From an uncultured Synergistaceae bacterium (GTDB lineage Bacteria; Synergistota; Synergistia; Synergistales; Synergistaceae), in contig CAZBYL010000003.1 in the NCBI GenBank assembly GCA_964496275.1, positions 9,261-73,260 of the forward strand: DNA of 64,000 nucleotides, given 5' to 3'. The notes under the pieces were generated by a model. The model was not told the origin of the DNA. It did not search any database and saw only the letters and a list, made by a program, of their open reading frames with translations. Made by a program: the position numbers and the translations under genes. Within the stretch, counting starts at the first letter, position 1. Every line of letters begins with the position of its first letter. Shown piece by piece: positions 1 to 8,923 of this stretch.

Positions 1-1168
1 TAGCTTTTACATCGGATGAAGAACCGGCATAGACAAGATAACCCGATAAGTTCTGCATGTTCCACCCTATATAGTGCGGCAAATCAAGGTCGACAAGCAT
101 CATGTCGGCTGTATAGCCCGATCTTATAAGACCCGTATTTTCAAACCCGAGTGCTTTGGCTCCGGCTACGGTCGCCATTCTGAAAAGTTCCGAAGAACTG
201 AGGCATGTCGGATCACAATTAACTCCTTTGTGCAGCAGAGCGGCAAATCTCATCTCGTCCCACATGTCAAGTCTGTTGTTGCTGGCGGCGCCATCGGTTC
301 CGATTGCCACGGATATACCGTCTTTGAGAAATGAAACAACGGGAGCAACGCCGCTTCCCAGTTTCAAATTGCTCTTAGGATTGTGAGCTATAGTTATATT
401 ATTCTTTGCATAAAAATTATCATTCTCCGTATCGATGTACACACAATGAGCCAAAAGCAAGTGCTTTACTTCGGACATACCTGTTTTTACAAGATATTCC
501 TCGGGGGTCATCTTATCGTGCATTTCAGACAACGCCCAGTCTGACGAAGTCTCAAGCCAATGCAGCTGAACGCTCAATGAGTGTTCCTTTGCGGCATCTG
601 CTATTTTCGACATCAAATCCATCGGAACCGTATAGGGGGCATGAGGCCCAAGCTGAACATTGACGAGCCCCGCCGCTCCGTTATACTCCTCGGCAAAGCT
701 GATATTTTCCGTAAGTCTGGTGCAATCTGGGTCACCGACAATGCCGCGTGAAAGACCGCATCTCATTCCCGCCTTTATACAGGCATCTGCGACACGATCC
801 ATAGAAAAATACATATCTGCAAAACAGGTCGTGCCGGTAGCAAACATCTCCATCAGGGCAACGTTGGTACCTGTCTCGATGATATCCCCGTTCAGTCTGT
901 TTTCCGCAGGCCAAATCCTGGTCTGAAGCCATTCCATAAGCGGCAGTTCTTCCCCGAGTCCGCGCAGAAGCGACATTGCCGCATGACCGTGCGCATTTAC
1001 AAAACCGGGCAGCAGAGCGGTACGTCCGTGCCCGTCAAAATCACAAGAAGCCAAGCTTCCGCCGGGAAGCAATGATTCAATGAGAGCTCCGTCCGTGACT
1101 ACGTCGCAAAGCTCGGCAGCCTGCATGGAAGAGTCCCATACAACCATATTTTTGTATATTTTTTTCAC
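1..1168 (-). CDS. mtaD: 5-methylthioadenosine/S-adenosylhomocysteine deaminase (amidohydrolase superfamily); C-terminus lies beyond the window start
   Basis: Not in the ORF track because it has no in-window stop. Hand translation of the minus strand from GTG 1168 (GGAGGGAG 6 nt upstream) gives VKKIYKNMVVWDSS...LLPGFVNAHGHAAMSLLRG...VQLGPHAPYT...IAHNPKSNLKLGSG...AIGTDGAASNNRLDMW. The HxH and downstream metal-ligand motifs are typical of MtaD/TM0936-type deaminases. Confidence 0.8.
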   Translation of the reverse strand, partial: MKKIYKNMVVWDSSMQAAELCDVVTDGALIESLLPGGSLASCDFDGHGRTALLPGFVNAHGHAAMSLLRGLGEELPLMEWLQTRIWPAENRLNGDIIETGTNVALMEMFATGTTCFADMYFSMDRVADACIKAGMRCGLSRGIVGDPDCTRLTENISFAEEYNGAAGLVNVQLGPHAPYTVPMDLMSKIADAAKEHSLSVQLHWLETSSDWALSEMHDKMTPEEYLVKTGMSEVKHLLLAHCVYIDTENDNFYAKNNITIAHNPKSNLKLGSGVAPVVSFLKDGISVAIGTDGAASNNRLDMWDEMRFAALLHKGVNCDPTCLSSSELFRMATVAGAKALGFENTGLIRSGYTADMMLVDLDLPHYIGWNMQNLSGYLVYAGSSSDVKA

Positions 1169-1170
1169 GG

Positions 1171-2418
1171 CTACTCCCTCCAGCTATTAAGGTACTCTGC
1201 CTGTTCTTCGGTCAGTTTTTCAATTTCTATGCCTAAAGATTCAAGTTTAAGCTCAGCGATATTTTTGTCAAGCTCTTCCGGCACATTATAAAGTCCGGGC
1301 TCAAGTTTTTCTTTGCTTATATAAATGGCAGAGAGGAGCTGCATGGCAAAGCTTAAGTCCATAATCTCTACAGGGTGACCGTCTCCCGCAGCCAAATTAA
1401 CGAGTCTTCCCTCTCCGAGAAGGTGCAGTCTGCGCCCGTCGGGCAGTATATAAGTATCTATGTTATCTCTTGATGCAAGTGTTTCGGAAGCAATTTCCTT
1501 TAAGTCGGGCACATAAACCTCAACGTCGAAATGTCCCGCATTACAGAGCAAAACACCGTCTTTCATGCTGAGGAAATGCTCTTTGCGTATTACCTTTGTA
1601 TTGCCCGTTACGGAAATAAATACGTCGCCTATCCTGCTGGCTTTCTCCATATTCATAACTTCATAGCCATCCATAAGCGCTTCCAATGCGCGATGAGGGT
1701 CAATTTCAACGACAACGACTCTCGCGCCGAGCCCCGAAGCTCTGCGGGCTGCGCCCTTGCCGCACCAGCCGTATCCTGCAATGACGACGTTCTTGCCTGC
1801 AACGATAAGATTCGTTGTGCGCAATATTGCATCCCATACAGACTGACCTGTACCGTACCTGTTGTCAAAAAGGTGCTTGCTCTGTGCGTCGTTGACAGCA
1901 AGCATCGGGAACGGAAGCACTCCCTCGGACGCCATTGCGCGCAAACGCTTTATGCCTGTGGTCGTCTCCTCGCAGCCGCCCATAATATTGGGAATAAGGT
2001 CGCGTCTTTCGTTAATGACCATCGAAACTACGTCCCCGCCGTCATCTATAATTATCTGCGGATCCCACTTCAGCATTTCGCGAATGTTGTCACTATACTC
2101 TTCCGCGCTCATTCCTCTGCGGCTGAATACGTGAATCCCTTCCTCAACCAAGGCCGCGCATATAGGGTCTTGAGTTGAAAGGGGGTTACTGCCTGCCGTA
2201 ACAACCGTAGCCCCAAGAGAGCGCAGAACTTTTAGCAAGCATGCTGTTTTAGCCTCAAGATGCAGACACGTGCCTACGACGAGACCGGTCAACGGCTGAA
2301 CGGGAGCTTCCTTCTCGGCAATAAGCCTGAGCACAGGCATATACTGCCATGCCCAATACATCCGTCTGTGACCTTCGGGTGCAAGTTTTATATCCGCAAT
2401 ATTAAATTCATTTCTCAT
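1171..2418 (-). CDS. ahcY: adenosylhomocysteinase (short archaeal/Thermotoga-type, 415 aa)
   Basis: Full-length ORF with GGAGGA RBS. Contains ...CLHLEAKTACL..., DDGGD and the NAD Rossmann motif AGYGWCGKG, the SAH-hydrolase family signature layout. Confidence 0.9.
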   Translation of the reverse strand: MRNEFNIADIKLAPEGHRRMYWAWQYMPVLRLIAEKEAPVQPLTGLVVGTCLHLEAKTACLLKVLRSLGATVVTAGSNPLSTQDPICAALVEEGIHVFSRRGMSAEEYSDNIREMLKWDPQIIIDDGGDVVSMVINERRDLIPNIMGGCEETTTGIKRLRAMASEGVLPFPMLAVNDAQSKHLFDNRYGTGQSVWDAILRTTNLIVAGKNVVIAGYGWCGKGAARRASGLGARVVVVEIDPHRALEALMDGYEVMNMEKASRIGDVFISVTGNTKVIRKEHFLSMKDGVLLCNAGHFDVEVYVPDLKEIASETLASRDNIDTYILPDGRRLHLLGEGRLVNLAAGDGHPVEIMDLSFAMQLLSAIYISKEKLEPGLYNVPEELDKNIAELKLESLGIEIEKLTEEQAEYLNSWRE

Positions 2419-2439
2419 CAGATTTCCTCCAATAATAAA

Positions 2440-3456
2440 TTATTCTGAAAATAAATTTTTTATAGACTCAGAATAAGGGTATGTCAGAACACCCTTCTCT
2501 GTAATTATTCCGGCGATTAAATCGGACGGCGTGACATCAAAAGCGGGATTCCAAACCTTTATTGATTCGGAAAATATGGAAACTCCGTCAACTGAACGGA
2601 CTTCATCCCCGCTGCGCTCCTCTATGGGAATATCGCCGCCGCATCGGCAATCAATATCTATGGTGCTCATAGGAGCTGCGATATAAAACGGAATTTCATG
2701 CCTTTTTGCTGCCACAGCAAGACTGTACGTGCCTATTTTATTGGCTGTGTCGCCGTTCGCGGCAATTCTGTCGGCGCCCGTTATTACAGCGTCTATCTTG
2801 ACTCTGGACATAAGAAACGCAGCCATGGAATCACATATAACTGTGACATCAAAACCATCCTCATAAAGTTCAAAAGCTGTAAGCTTGGATCCTTGCAGCC
2901 TCGGACGAGTTTCATCCGCATATATTTTCAGTTTCTTGCCGTGCTCTGCCGCAGCCCTAAAAACCCCCAGAGCCGTACCATAGCCTGCTGTGGCAAGCGC
3001 ACCCGCGTTGCAGTGAGTGATGACCGCGCCTTCATTCGGAAGAAGCGTCTGTCCGTACTCTGCAATAAGTTTATTTATCCTGATGTCGTCTTCGTGTATC
3101 CTTACTGCTTCACATTCCAACAGTAACGGCAGATCGGCAGAATCCGAGTTGCACTCAAAAATATCCGACATGCGCTTTAAACTCCAATAAAGGTTAACGG
3201 CAGTAGGTCTTGTGGCAGATAGGCGCTTGATTGCGGCTCGGACAAACTCCTTGCCCCGCCACGATGCGACAGCAACCCCATAGGCGGCCGCTGCTCCTAT
3301 AGCCGGTGCGCCCCTGACAGTCATGTCCTCAATCGACAACGCCACATCTTCATAAGAAACACAATCCCTGAACTTTACCTCATTAGGGATAGTTCTTTGG
3401 TCAAGCAGTCGGAGTATTTTTTTGTCGGTCATCCATTCCATCGTAGTTGGAAGCAT
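2440..3456 (-). CDS. mtnA: S-methyl-5-thioribose-1-phosphate isomerase (eIF-2B alpha/beta/delta-like family)
   Basis: Contains ...LRLLDQRTIPNE...MTVRGAPAIGAAAAYG...TRPTAVNL...ITGADRIAANGDTANKIGTY. ATG 3456 sits 8 nt after AAGGAG; the track start at 3459 is a TTG one codon upstream. Confidence 0.85.
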   Translation of the reverse strand: MLPTTMEWMTDKKILRLLDQRTIPNEVKFRDCVSYEDVALSIEDMTVRGAPAIGAAAAYGVAVASWRGKEFVRAAIKRLSATRPTAVNLYWSLKRMSDIFECNSDSADLPLLLECEAVRIHEDDIRINKLIAEYGQTLLPNEGAVITHCNAGALATAGYGTALGVFRAAAEHGKKLKIYADETRPRLQGSKLTAFELYEDGFDVTVICDSMAAFLMSRVKIDAVITGADRIAANGDTANKIGTYSLAVAAKRHEIPFYIAAPMSTIDIDCRCGGDIPIEERSGDEVRSVDGVSIFSESIKVWNPAFDVTPSDLIAGIITEKGVLTYPYSESIKNLFSE

Positions 3457-3479
3457 CAATTTTTCTCCTTAATAGTAAT

Positions 3480-4697
3480 TTATCGCAACGTTACCTTGGT
3501 TACTGATGCAGAGGCAACTCCGTCTATAAATTCAACAGTAATTTTATCTTTGGACGACAACGATGCCGCACTTTTTATGGCAGGACCCTCAAGCTTTCTT
3601 GTAACAGAGTAACCTTTGGATAAGATATTAAGGGGGGAAGCAATGTTCAAAGCGGACGTCGCAGCGTCAAGTCTGCTTTGCGACGTGTTTATATTGTATT
3701 TAATAGTCTCGCTCATTTTTGAGGCTGTATTTTCAAGTTTTGTCTGAAGAGGCTCCAAATGCCCCTTCTTTAAGTTAAAAGCAAGCCTGCCGGAAACAGT
3801 AGACAGCCTCTCGGCAAGGCGTCCCAGCCGTATGTTCATAATTTGCAGAGCATGATTTTCGGTTCTGCTGAGGAAATTTACGACATCTTTTCCATCGGGA
3901 AAGACACGCTCCGCTGCACCTGACGGTGTGGGAGCTGCGGCATCCGCCGCCAGATCCGCAAGTGTGCTGTCTATTTGATGCCCTAGTCCTGTAATTACGG
4001 GAACAGACGACATTCTTACTGCCCTGACAACAGATTCTTCGTCAAAAACATCAAGGTCGTCCCTGTTTCCTCCGCCTCTTACCAGCATTATGACAGATAT
4101 GTTTTTGAGCATCCTGCATTTTGCAAAGGCAGCTTCAATCTCCCCTGCTGCATCGCTTCCCTGCATCAGGCTCGGAACCACAACTATCTCCGTTGAAGGA
4201 AAACGCGCTGATGCAATCTTAATAACATCCTGTACCGCAGCGCCTGTTGGGGATGTTATAACCGCCACCTTTGACGGGAATACAGGCAACCGTTTTTTAA
4301 TCCCGGGGTCAAACAGCCCCTCTTGCATAAGCCTGTTTTTTAGGAATTCCTTAGCTCTCGCTTTTGCTCCCTCTCCCAAGGGAAGTAGTTTGACCGCATA
4401 AATTTGATATGAACCTCTTGCTCCGTAGACATCAACACGCCCGCTGACCAAGACTTCATCTCCGTCTTTGGGCCACATAATAACGGAGGTAGCATTTGAT
4501 CGGAAAAGTACGCATGCGACTCGTGTCTCGGCTCCCATAACGGTAAAATACGCATGACCGCTTGAATGACGTTTAAATCCGAGCAGCTCTCCCTTAACGG
4601 TGATGTTCTGCAAATCTTTTGCAGAACAAACGGCTTCTCGGATTTTTACGGTCATTTCATCAACGGTTAAAATTTTATCCGGTAAAAGTAGGCTCAT
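3480..4697 (-). CDS. xseA: exodeoxyribonuclease VII large subunit
   Basis: 405-aa ORF with an N-terminal OB-fold (VKGELLGFKRHSSGHAYFTV) and the catalytic core (VITSPTGAAVQDV...RGGGNRDDL...VPVITGLGHQID). Confidence 0.9.
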   Translation of the reverse strand: MSLLLPDKILTVDEMTVKIREAVCSAKDLQNITVKGELLGFKRHSSGHAYFTVMGAETRVACVLFRSNATSVIMWPKDGDEVLVSGRVDVYGARGSYQIYAVKLLPLGEGAKARAKEFLKNRLMQEGLFDPGIKKRLPVFPSKVAVITSPTGAAVQDVIKIASARFPSTEIVVVPSLMQGSDAAGEIEAAFAKCRMLKNISVIMLVRGGGNRDDLDVFDEESVVRAVRMSSVPVITGLGHQIDSTLADLAADAAAPTPSGAAERVFPDGKDVVNFLSRTENHALQIMNIRLGRLAERLSTVSGRLAFNLKKGHLEPLQTKLENTASKMSETIKYNINTSQSRLDAATSALNIASPLNILSKGYSVTRKLEGPAIKSAASLSSKDKITVEFIDGVASASVTKVTLR

Positions 4698-4701
4698 TGT
4701 C

Positions 4702-5130
4702 CTAATTTGATGTATCCCTGCGAACTATTCTTCCGAGCACACCGTTCACAAAACGCCCGGAATCGGATGTCCCAAAACACTTCGCAAGCTCCACCGCTTC
4801 GGAAATAGCCACAGCAACCGGAACACTGGACGATATAATTCCCTCATACAGAGCTATGCTGATTGCGGCCTTATCCACTGCGACCATGCGCTCCGGACGC
4901 CATCCTATTATGTTGTCACGCAAAAGCTCTGAGACGGCCTCAATATTTTTGTACACGCCGCGCACAAGGTCGGAAGCATACGATATAACTTCTTCGGGTT
5001 CATCCTCAGAGGGATACAGAAGTATCGCCTCTTCTATATCTGCATCCGGCCTCATATCTATCTCATAAACAATTTGGAGTGCGATCTCGCGGGCGCGATG
5101 CCTCATTTGTGATTTTACGGAAAGAACCAA
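4702..5130 (-). CDS. nusB: transcription antitermination factor NusB
   Basis: 142 aa. RHRAREIALQIVYEIDM... and ...AISEAVELAKCFGTSDSGRFVNGVLGRI are typical NusB. Confidence 0.9.
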   Translation of the reverse strand: MVLSVKSQMRHRAREIALQIVYEIDMRPDADIEEAILLYPSEDEPEEVISYASDLVRGVYKNIEAVSELLRDNIIGWRPERMVAVDKAAISIALYEGIISSSVPVAVAISEAVELAKCFGTSDSGRFVNGVLGRIVRRDTSN

Positions 5131-5134
5131 AACA

Positions 5135-5608
5135 TCATCTCCTGAACTGCTCTAGTATTGTAGCCACCTGTTTTTGTCCGTCCTCAGTCAAGAAAATCCA
5201 GGAGATTCCATACCCTATTATTGCCGCAAACAAAGTCCACAAGATGCCCTTCAATCCAAGCTGAACAACTGCTGTGAGTGCCGCAGCCGCACCGGCCCAG
5301 AAAATAGGAAGAAGCCATATTGGGTTGGTCTTCGGATTATCCTGCGGCGCGATATTAACCCAATTTGTCTGAAGTGAAATCCCTGACTTTGAAAAAATAT
5401 TATTAAGTTTTTCTTCAATCTTGTATTTCTGTTCGGATGAGGCGTTTTCCGGCACGGTTATATAGATATTAAGAAGATTTTTTTCTCCTATAAAAGAGAG
5501 CTCCTGGCAATAAAAATCACTGGGAAGCCTCTTGGCTACTATCTGTTTGAACGAATCGCCATCAACCCAGATTTTTCCGTATTCTGTTGTAGTCCAGAGA
5601 AAAAGCAT
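5135..5608 (-). CDS. hypothetical membrane protein (two C-terminal TM helices), Asp23-operon associated
   Basis: ORF with hydrophobic segments IWLLPIFWAGAAAALTAVV and ILWTLFAAIIGYGISWIFL. ATG 5608 is 6 nt after GAGAGGTG; the track GTG start at 5617 overlaps the RBS. No family recognised. Confidence 0.5.
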   Translation of the reverse strand: MLFLWTTTEYGKIWVDGDSFKQIVAKRLPSDFYCQELSFIGEKNLLNIYITVPENASSEQKYKIEEKLNNIFSKSGISLQTNWVNIAPQDNPKTNPIWLLPIFWAGAAAALTAVVQLGLKGILWTLFAAIIGYGISWIFLTEDGQKQVATILEQFRR

Positions 5609-5678
5609 AACAAACACCTCTCAATATAGGAGGCCGGGTTCCGAAAGGACACCGGCCTCGCAAAGTCATAGTTCTGGA

Positions 5679-6164
5679 TCAGGCCTCTGTGCCGAAAGAT
5701 TCGTAGGCTGTATCTTCCCTATCCGAATCTTCGGGCTGGTTTGTCTTTTTGTCACTGAAGGATATGCCCTGCACGTATATATTTACACCCTTTATTGTGT
5801 ATCCTGTAAAACGTTCAATCTGTTCCTTAATGGCAGACTGAACATCCCAGCACACATCTGGTATGCGCAGTCCATATTTGACAGAGATGTATGCATCAAT
5901 AAGGATCTCGGGAGATTCACCGTCGGATATGGAAATTCTCACTCCGTTGATAGTCTTCCTTCCGAGGCGCAAGTTTGCCATGAGTCCGGGATTAGCGGGA
6001 GAAACACCTTCAACACTGTTTAGCGCTTTTGTCGCTAATTGGGCAATTACTTCTTCCGAAATACGAATCTTACCTTCGAGATTTGACTGATCTATCGTTG
6101 CTTCCGAATCTATCTGTGCCGAATCTGCTTGAAAGAGATTCCCATTTTCGTTTTCTGAAGCCAT
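5679..6164 (-). CDS. Asp23/Gls24 family envelope stress response protein
   Basis: GKIRISEEVIAQLATKALNSVEGV...VRISISDGE..IDAYISVKYGLRIPDVCWDVQSAIKEQIERFTGYTIKGVNIYVQGISF is the classic Asp23 domain. ATG 6164 is 9 nt after GGGAGG. Confidence 0.85.
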   Translation of the reverse strand: MASENENGNLFQADSAQIDSEATIDQSNLEGKIRISEEVIAQLATKALNSVEGVSPANPGLMANLRLGRKTINGVRISISDGESPEILIDAYISVKYGLRIPDVCWDVQSAIKEQIERFTGYTIKGVNIYVQGISFSDKKTNQPEDSDREDTAYESFGTEA

Positions 6165-6210
6165 TTTCACATGCCTCCCTTATATTTTAAGATGCCGAAT
6201 GCAACATTAT

Positions 6211-6621
6211 CTATTCGGGGATTTTGAAATCCTTGCCGCAGTGCGGGCAGATGAGATCTTCATCTTCTTCGTACATTGCCGGCTCGTAGAAGAAATCTTT
6301 GTCGCAGTGAGGGCATGTCACAGCCGTATACTCTTCTTCGTCAAAGTCCTCATAATCATCGTCGTCGTCTTCTTCGTCACAGTCGCACTCACACTCGTTC
6401 AGTTCATCGAGCTCGTCCTCAAGTGAGCAAACATCCTCATCAAGCTGCTCAAGGTAGTCGTTAAGTTCCTGATGAACCTCTTCATGCTCTTCAAGAGCAT
6501 CAGCCAGCGAGTTCATGGCGTCAACCAGTGCTGAATAGAATTTCTCTTTCTCGGGTGTATCGGTGAGCTTCTGCCCATCGATCAGCCCCTTCAGGTATGC
6601 TATTTTTTCACGTGCGCTCAT
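6211..6621 (-). CDS. acidic coiled-coil protein with C-terminal CxxC...CxxC zinc ribbon, function unknown
   Basis: 136 aa with AGGAGGG RBS. N-terminal helical region, then a poly-acidic stretch (ECECDCDEEDDDDDYEDFDEEE), then CPHCDKDFFYEP...ICPHCGKDF. Confidence 0.6.
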   Translation of the reverse strand: MSAREKIAYLKGLIDGQKLTDTPEKEKFYSALVDAMNSLADALEEHEEVHQELNDYLEQLDEDVCSLEDELDELNECECDCDEEDDDDDYEDFDEEEYTAVTCPHCDKDFFYEPAMYEEDEDLICPHCGKDFKIPE

Positions 6622-6668
6622 AAAAAACCCTCCTGTCTGATTTTTCCAGCAAAATATCGACTGTGAAA

Positions 6669-7241
6669 CTAATTTTTTGCCCTTTCAAGATACTCTCCGG
6701 TTCTTGTATCAACGACAATCATTTCGTCGTTCTCAACAAAGAAAGGAACCGTAACAACAAGGCCCGTTTCGGTTGTAGCCGGTTTGCCGCCTCCTGAGGC
6801 CGTATCACCCTTGAAACCGGGAGGAGTATCCGTTATTTTCATGACAACAGAGTTCGGGACTTCCACCCCCATAACTCTTTCTTCGTACATATCCAAACTT
6901 ACTTCCAAGTCATCAACCAAAAACTTAACTGTGTCTCCGAGAACCTCCGGCGACAGATAGACCTGGTCGTAAGACTCCATATCCATGAAGACATAATTGT
7001 CTCCATCTTTATACTGGTACTGAGCCGGTTTCTCATCAAAAACTATTCTCTCGAAACGCTCGCCAGACTTAAAGGACTGCTCAACGCCTGAACCTGTCTC
7101 GAGATTGCGAAGCTTGCCGCGGACAATGGCGCCGCCGCGTCCCATCTTGTGGTGAGAGCATTCCAAAATAACCCACATTCCGCCCTCCCACTTGATTTTT
7201 AAACCCGGGCGAAAATCGCTTGTGTCAACTATCTGTGCCAT
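6669..7241 (-). CDS. efp: translation elongation factor P (Arg-type loop)
   Basis: MAQIVDTSDFRPGLKIKWEGGMWVILECSHHKMGRGGAIVRGKLRNLETG... aligns along its length with EF-P. ATG 7241 is 7 nt after GGGAGG; the 18-codon N-terminal extension in the track has no support. Confidence 0.92.
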   Translation of the reverse strand: MAQIVDTSDFRPGLKIKWEGGMWVILECSHHKMGRGGAIVRGKLRNLETGSGVEQSFKSGERFERIVFDEKPAQYQYKDGDNYVFMDMESYDQVYLSPEVLGDTVKFLVDDLEVSLDMYEERVMGVEVPNSVVMKITDTPPGFKGDTASGGGKPATTETGLVVTVPFFVENDEMIVVDTRTGEYLERAKN

Positions 7242-7328
7242 AAAAAGACCTCCCTGTAACTTTGCGGTTGCACCCAACCTTAAACTTAGACTCACAAATA
7301 TGCCTGATAATCATAGCATAAAACATCA

Positions 7329-7946
7329 CTATTTGTCTTTCACAAGCAATTCTTTTTTAGAGTATAAAGGTATTTTTACTAATTTCCCATCGTTTTTTCG
7401 TACGATCTTTATGTCCTTTGTCATCCTAAAAAACATCCCCGGTCTGTCTTCACAGGTTAAATGGACAAAAATTTGATATGTTTTCTCCGACACATACCCT
7501 TTTTCAGCAGCCTCGTCATCTTCATAAAAGTAAGGAGGCTCATACACCACTCCGGCCATCTCAGGCTGATACGCTGGTTTTTCATAATACTTGTCGGCTA
7601 TATACACACTCACACTAAAATGCGGATTATTCTTAACAAACTCATCAATGTATAAATCCGGTAAGTTATACAATGGGGCTTTGCTGGCTGAAAACGCAGA
7701 TTCCTTGAGAGGAGGCGGCTGAACTCTCCCTGTGCGAACCTCATCAAAAAACCATGTTTCCGCAAAATGAAGCAACTGTCTTGCGGCATGCTCTCTTTCA
7801 TACGGTTCTAACGAGCGTGAGCTCTCTGCAAAACCATCATTTGCTACTTCAAGAGCGGCACAGGCAAAAAGCATCGCCAACAGCACAATCAGCAAATACG
7901 AAATTGCCATCATACCTTTTGATTTCCCGGTTTTGTAAGTTCTCAT
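7329..7946 (-). CDS. hypothetical protein with GspK/PilX-like N-terminal hydrophobic segment (pseudopilin-like, no Glu5)
   Basis: MRTYKTGKSKG|MMAISYLLIVLLAMLFACAAL. The ATGA overlap with the upstream pseudopilin gene implies co-translation within the pilus operon. The remainder has no recognisable family. Confidence 0.45.
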   Translation of the reverse strand: MRTYKTGKSKGMMAISYLLIVLLAMLFACAALEVANDGFAESSRSLEPYEREHAARQLLHFAETWFFDEVRTGRVQPPPLKESAFSASKAPLYNLPDLYIDEFVKNNPHFSVSVYIADKYYEKPAYQPEMAGVVYEPPYFYEDDEAAEKGYVSEKTYQIFVHLTCEDRPGMFFRMTKDIKIVRKNDGKLVKIPLYSKKELLVKDK

Positions 7947-8923
7947 TCCAGGTAATTCGGAAGGTTATAAACAATTTTTACAACTCTTCGCCGATATTTC
8001 GATTTTTTTAAAAGAGGTTTGCTGGGTATCTCCTTTGGCCAAAGCTCCGCATCCGACACGTCACAATCGTCATCATACTTATAATCCCCTCTGATGAGAG
8101 CATAAACATCAAGCCTCTTTGCTTCGCTGTCAAATGAAAATCGTATATCCTCCACACCGTTGACCCTGGGCTGCTCTCCGCTGAGCCTGATATCGTCGCA
8201 ATAAAGAATTCCGTTCTTACTGTAAAGTTTAGATGCGGCAAAAAGGCAAAGTTCGTCTCCGCGAAGGAGTTTAAATTCCCGTATACCGTTCATTGGAGCT
8301 ACTTCTGCACTTTTCCTGTCTCTGCCGATCCATCGTACAATCAGAGGTATCTTATGAGGGCGCACCCTTTTAAACACTACACAATTCTTAACATGTGTCG
8401 GTCCGCCCGACTGCTTAGAGAGCACGCTGTCAATATCCAACTGATCGGTAAAGTATACTGTCTTTCCATCTTTTCCGAATACGAAATTTTCCTTTAATTT
8501 TATTTCCTGGGGTTGGACATAGACCAGCCTCAGCTCACCGGCATCCGCGCCGATCGGGCTTTTGCGCACGCTGATAGGTCCGTCCCAATAAAACGGAGCA
8601 TAGAAACTTTCTCCGAAAGCCTTCTTAAATTCATCTTTGCCAAGCGGCATGCCTGTTGCACAATAATATACACGGTGATTCATTACGGAAGAAAGCAAAG
8701 ACGCCCGTCCGCGGATAAGTCTTCTATCCCGCTCAATCGGAATTTGGTTTGATGCAATCTTTAAAACTTCAAAAACCGGAAAAATCATAATCGAAAGGAT
8801 TGCCGTTACGACCAAAACCTCTGCAAGCGTGAAACCTCTTGCACACGAATCACGAAGTGCTCGGCCACATGAGCACTGCCGACCTTCTTTCCATGAAACC
8901 ATCGACCGAAATATGTACCTCAT
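7943..8923 (-). CDS. large minor pilin / prepilin-type N-terminal cleavage-methylation domain protein
   Basis: Canonical class III signal ...SCARG|FTLAEVLVVTAILSIMI with Glu at +5. About 290-aa C-terminal domain of unknown fold. ATG 8923 has an AAGGAA RBS; ATG 8902 is an alternative start. Confidence 0.6.
   Translation of the reverse strand: MRYIFRSMVSWKEGRQCSCGRALRDSCARGFTLAEVLVVTAILSIMIFPVFEVLKIASNQIPIERDRRLIRGRASLLSSVMNHRVYYCATGMPLGKDEFKKAFGESFYAPFYWDGPISVRKSPIGADAGELRLVYVQPQEIKLKENFVFGKDGKTVYFTDQLDIDSVLSKQSGGPTHVKNCVVFKRVRPHKIPLIVRWIGRDRKSAEVAPMNGIREFKLLRGDELCLFAASKLYSKNGILYCDDIRLSGEQPRVNGVEDIRFSFDSEAKRLDVYALIRGDYKYDDDCDVSDAELWPKEIPSKPLLKKSKYRRRVVKIVYNLPNYLE

Noticed and set aside
1531-2178. 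A 215-aa plus-strand ORF
   Set aside because: It is antisense to ahcY. There is no independent support.
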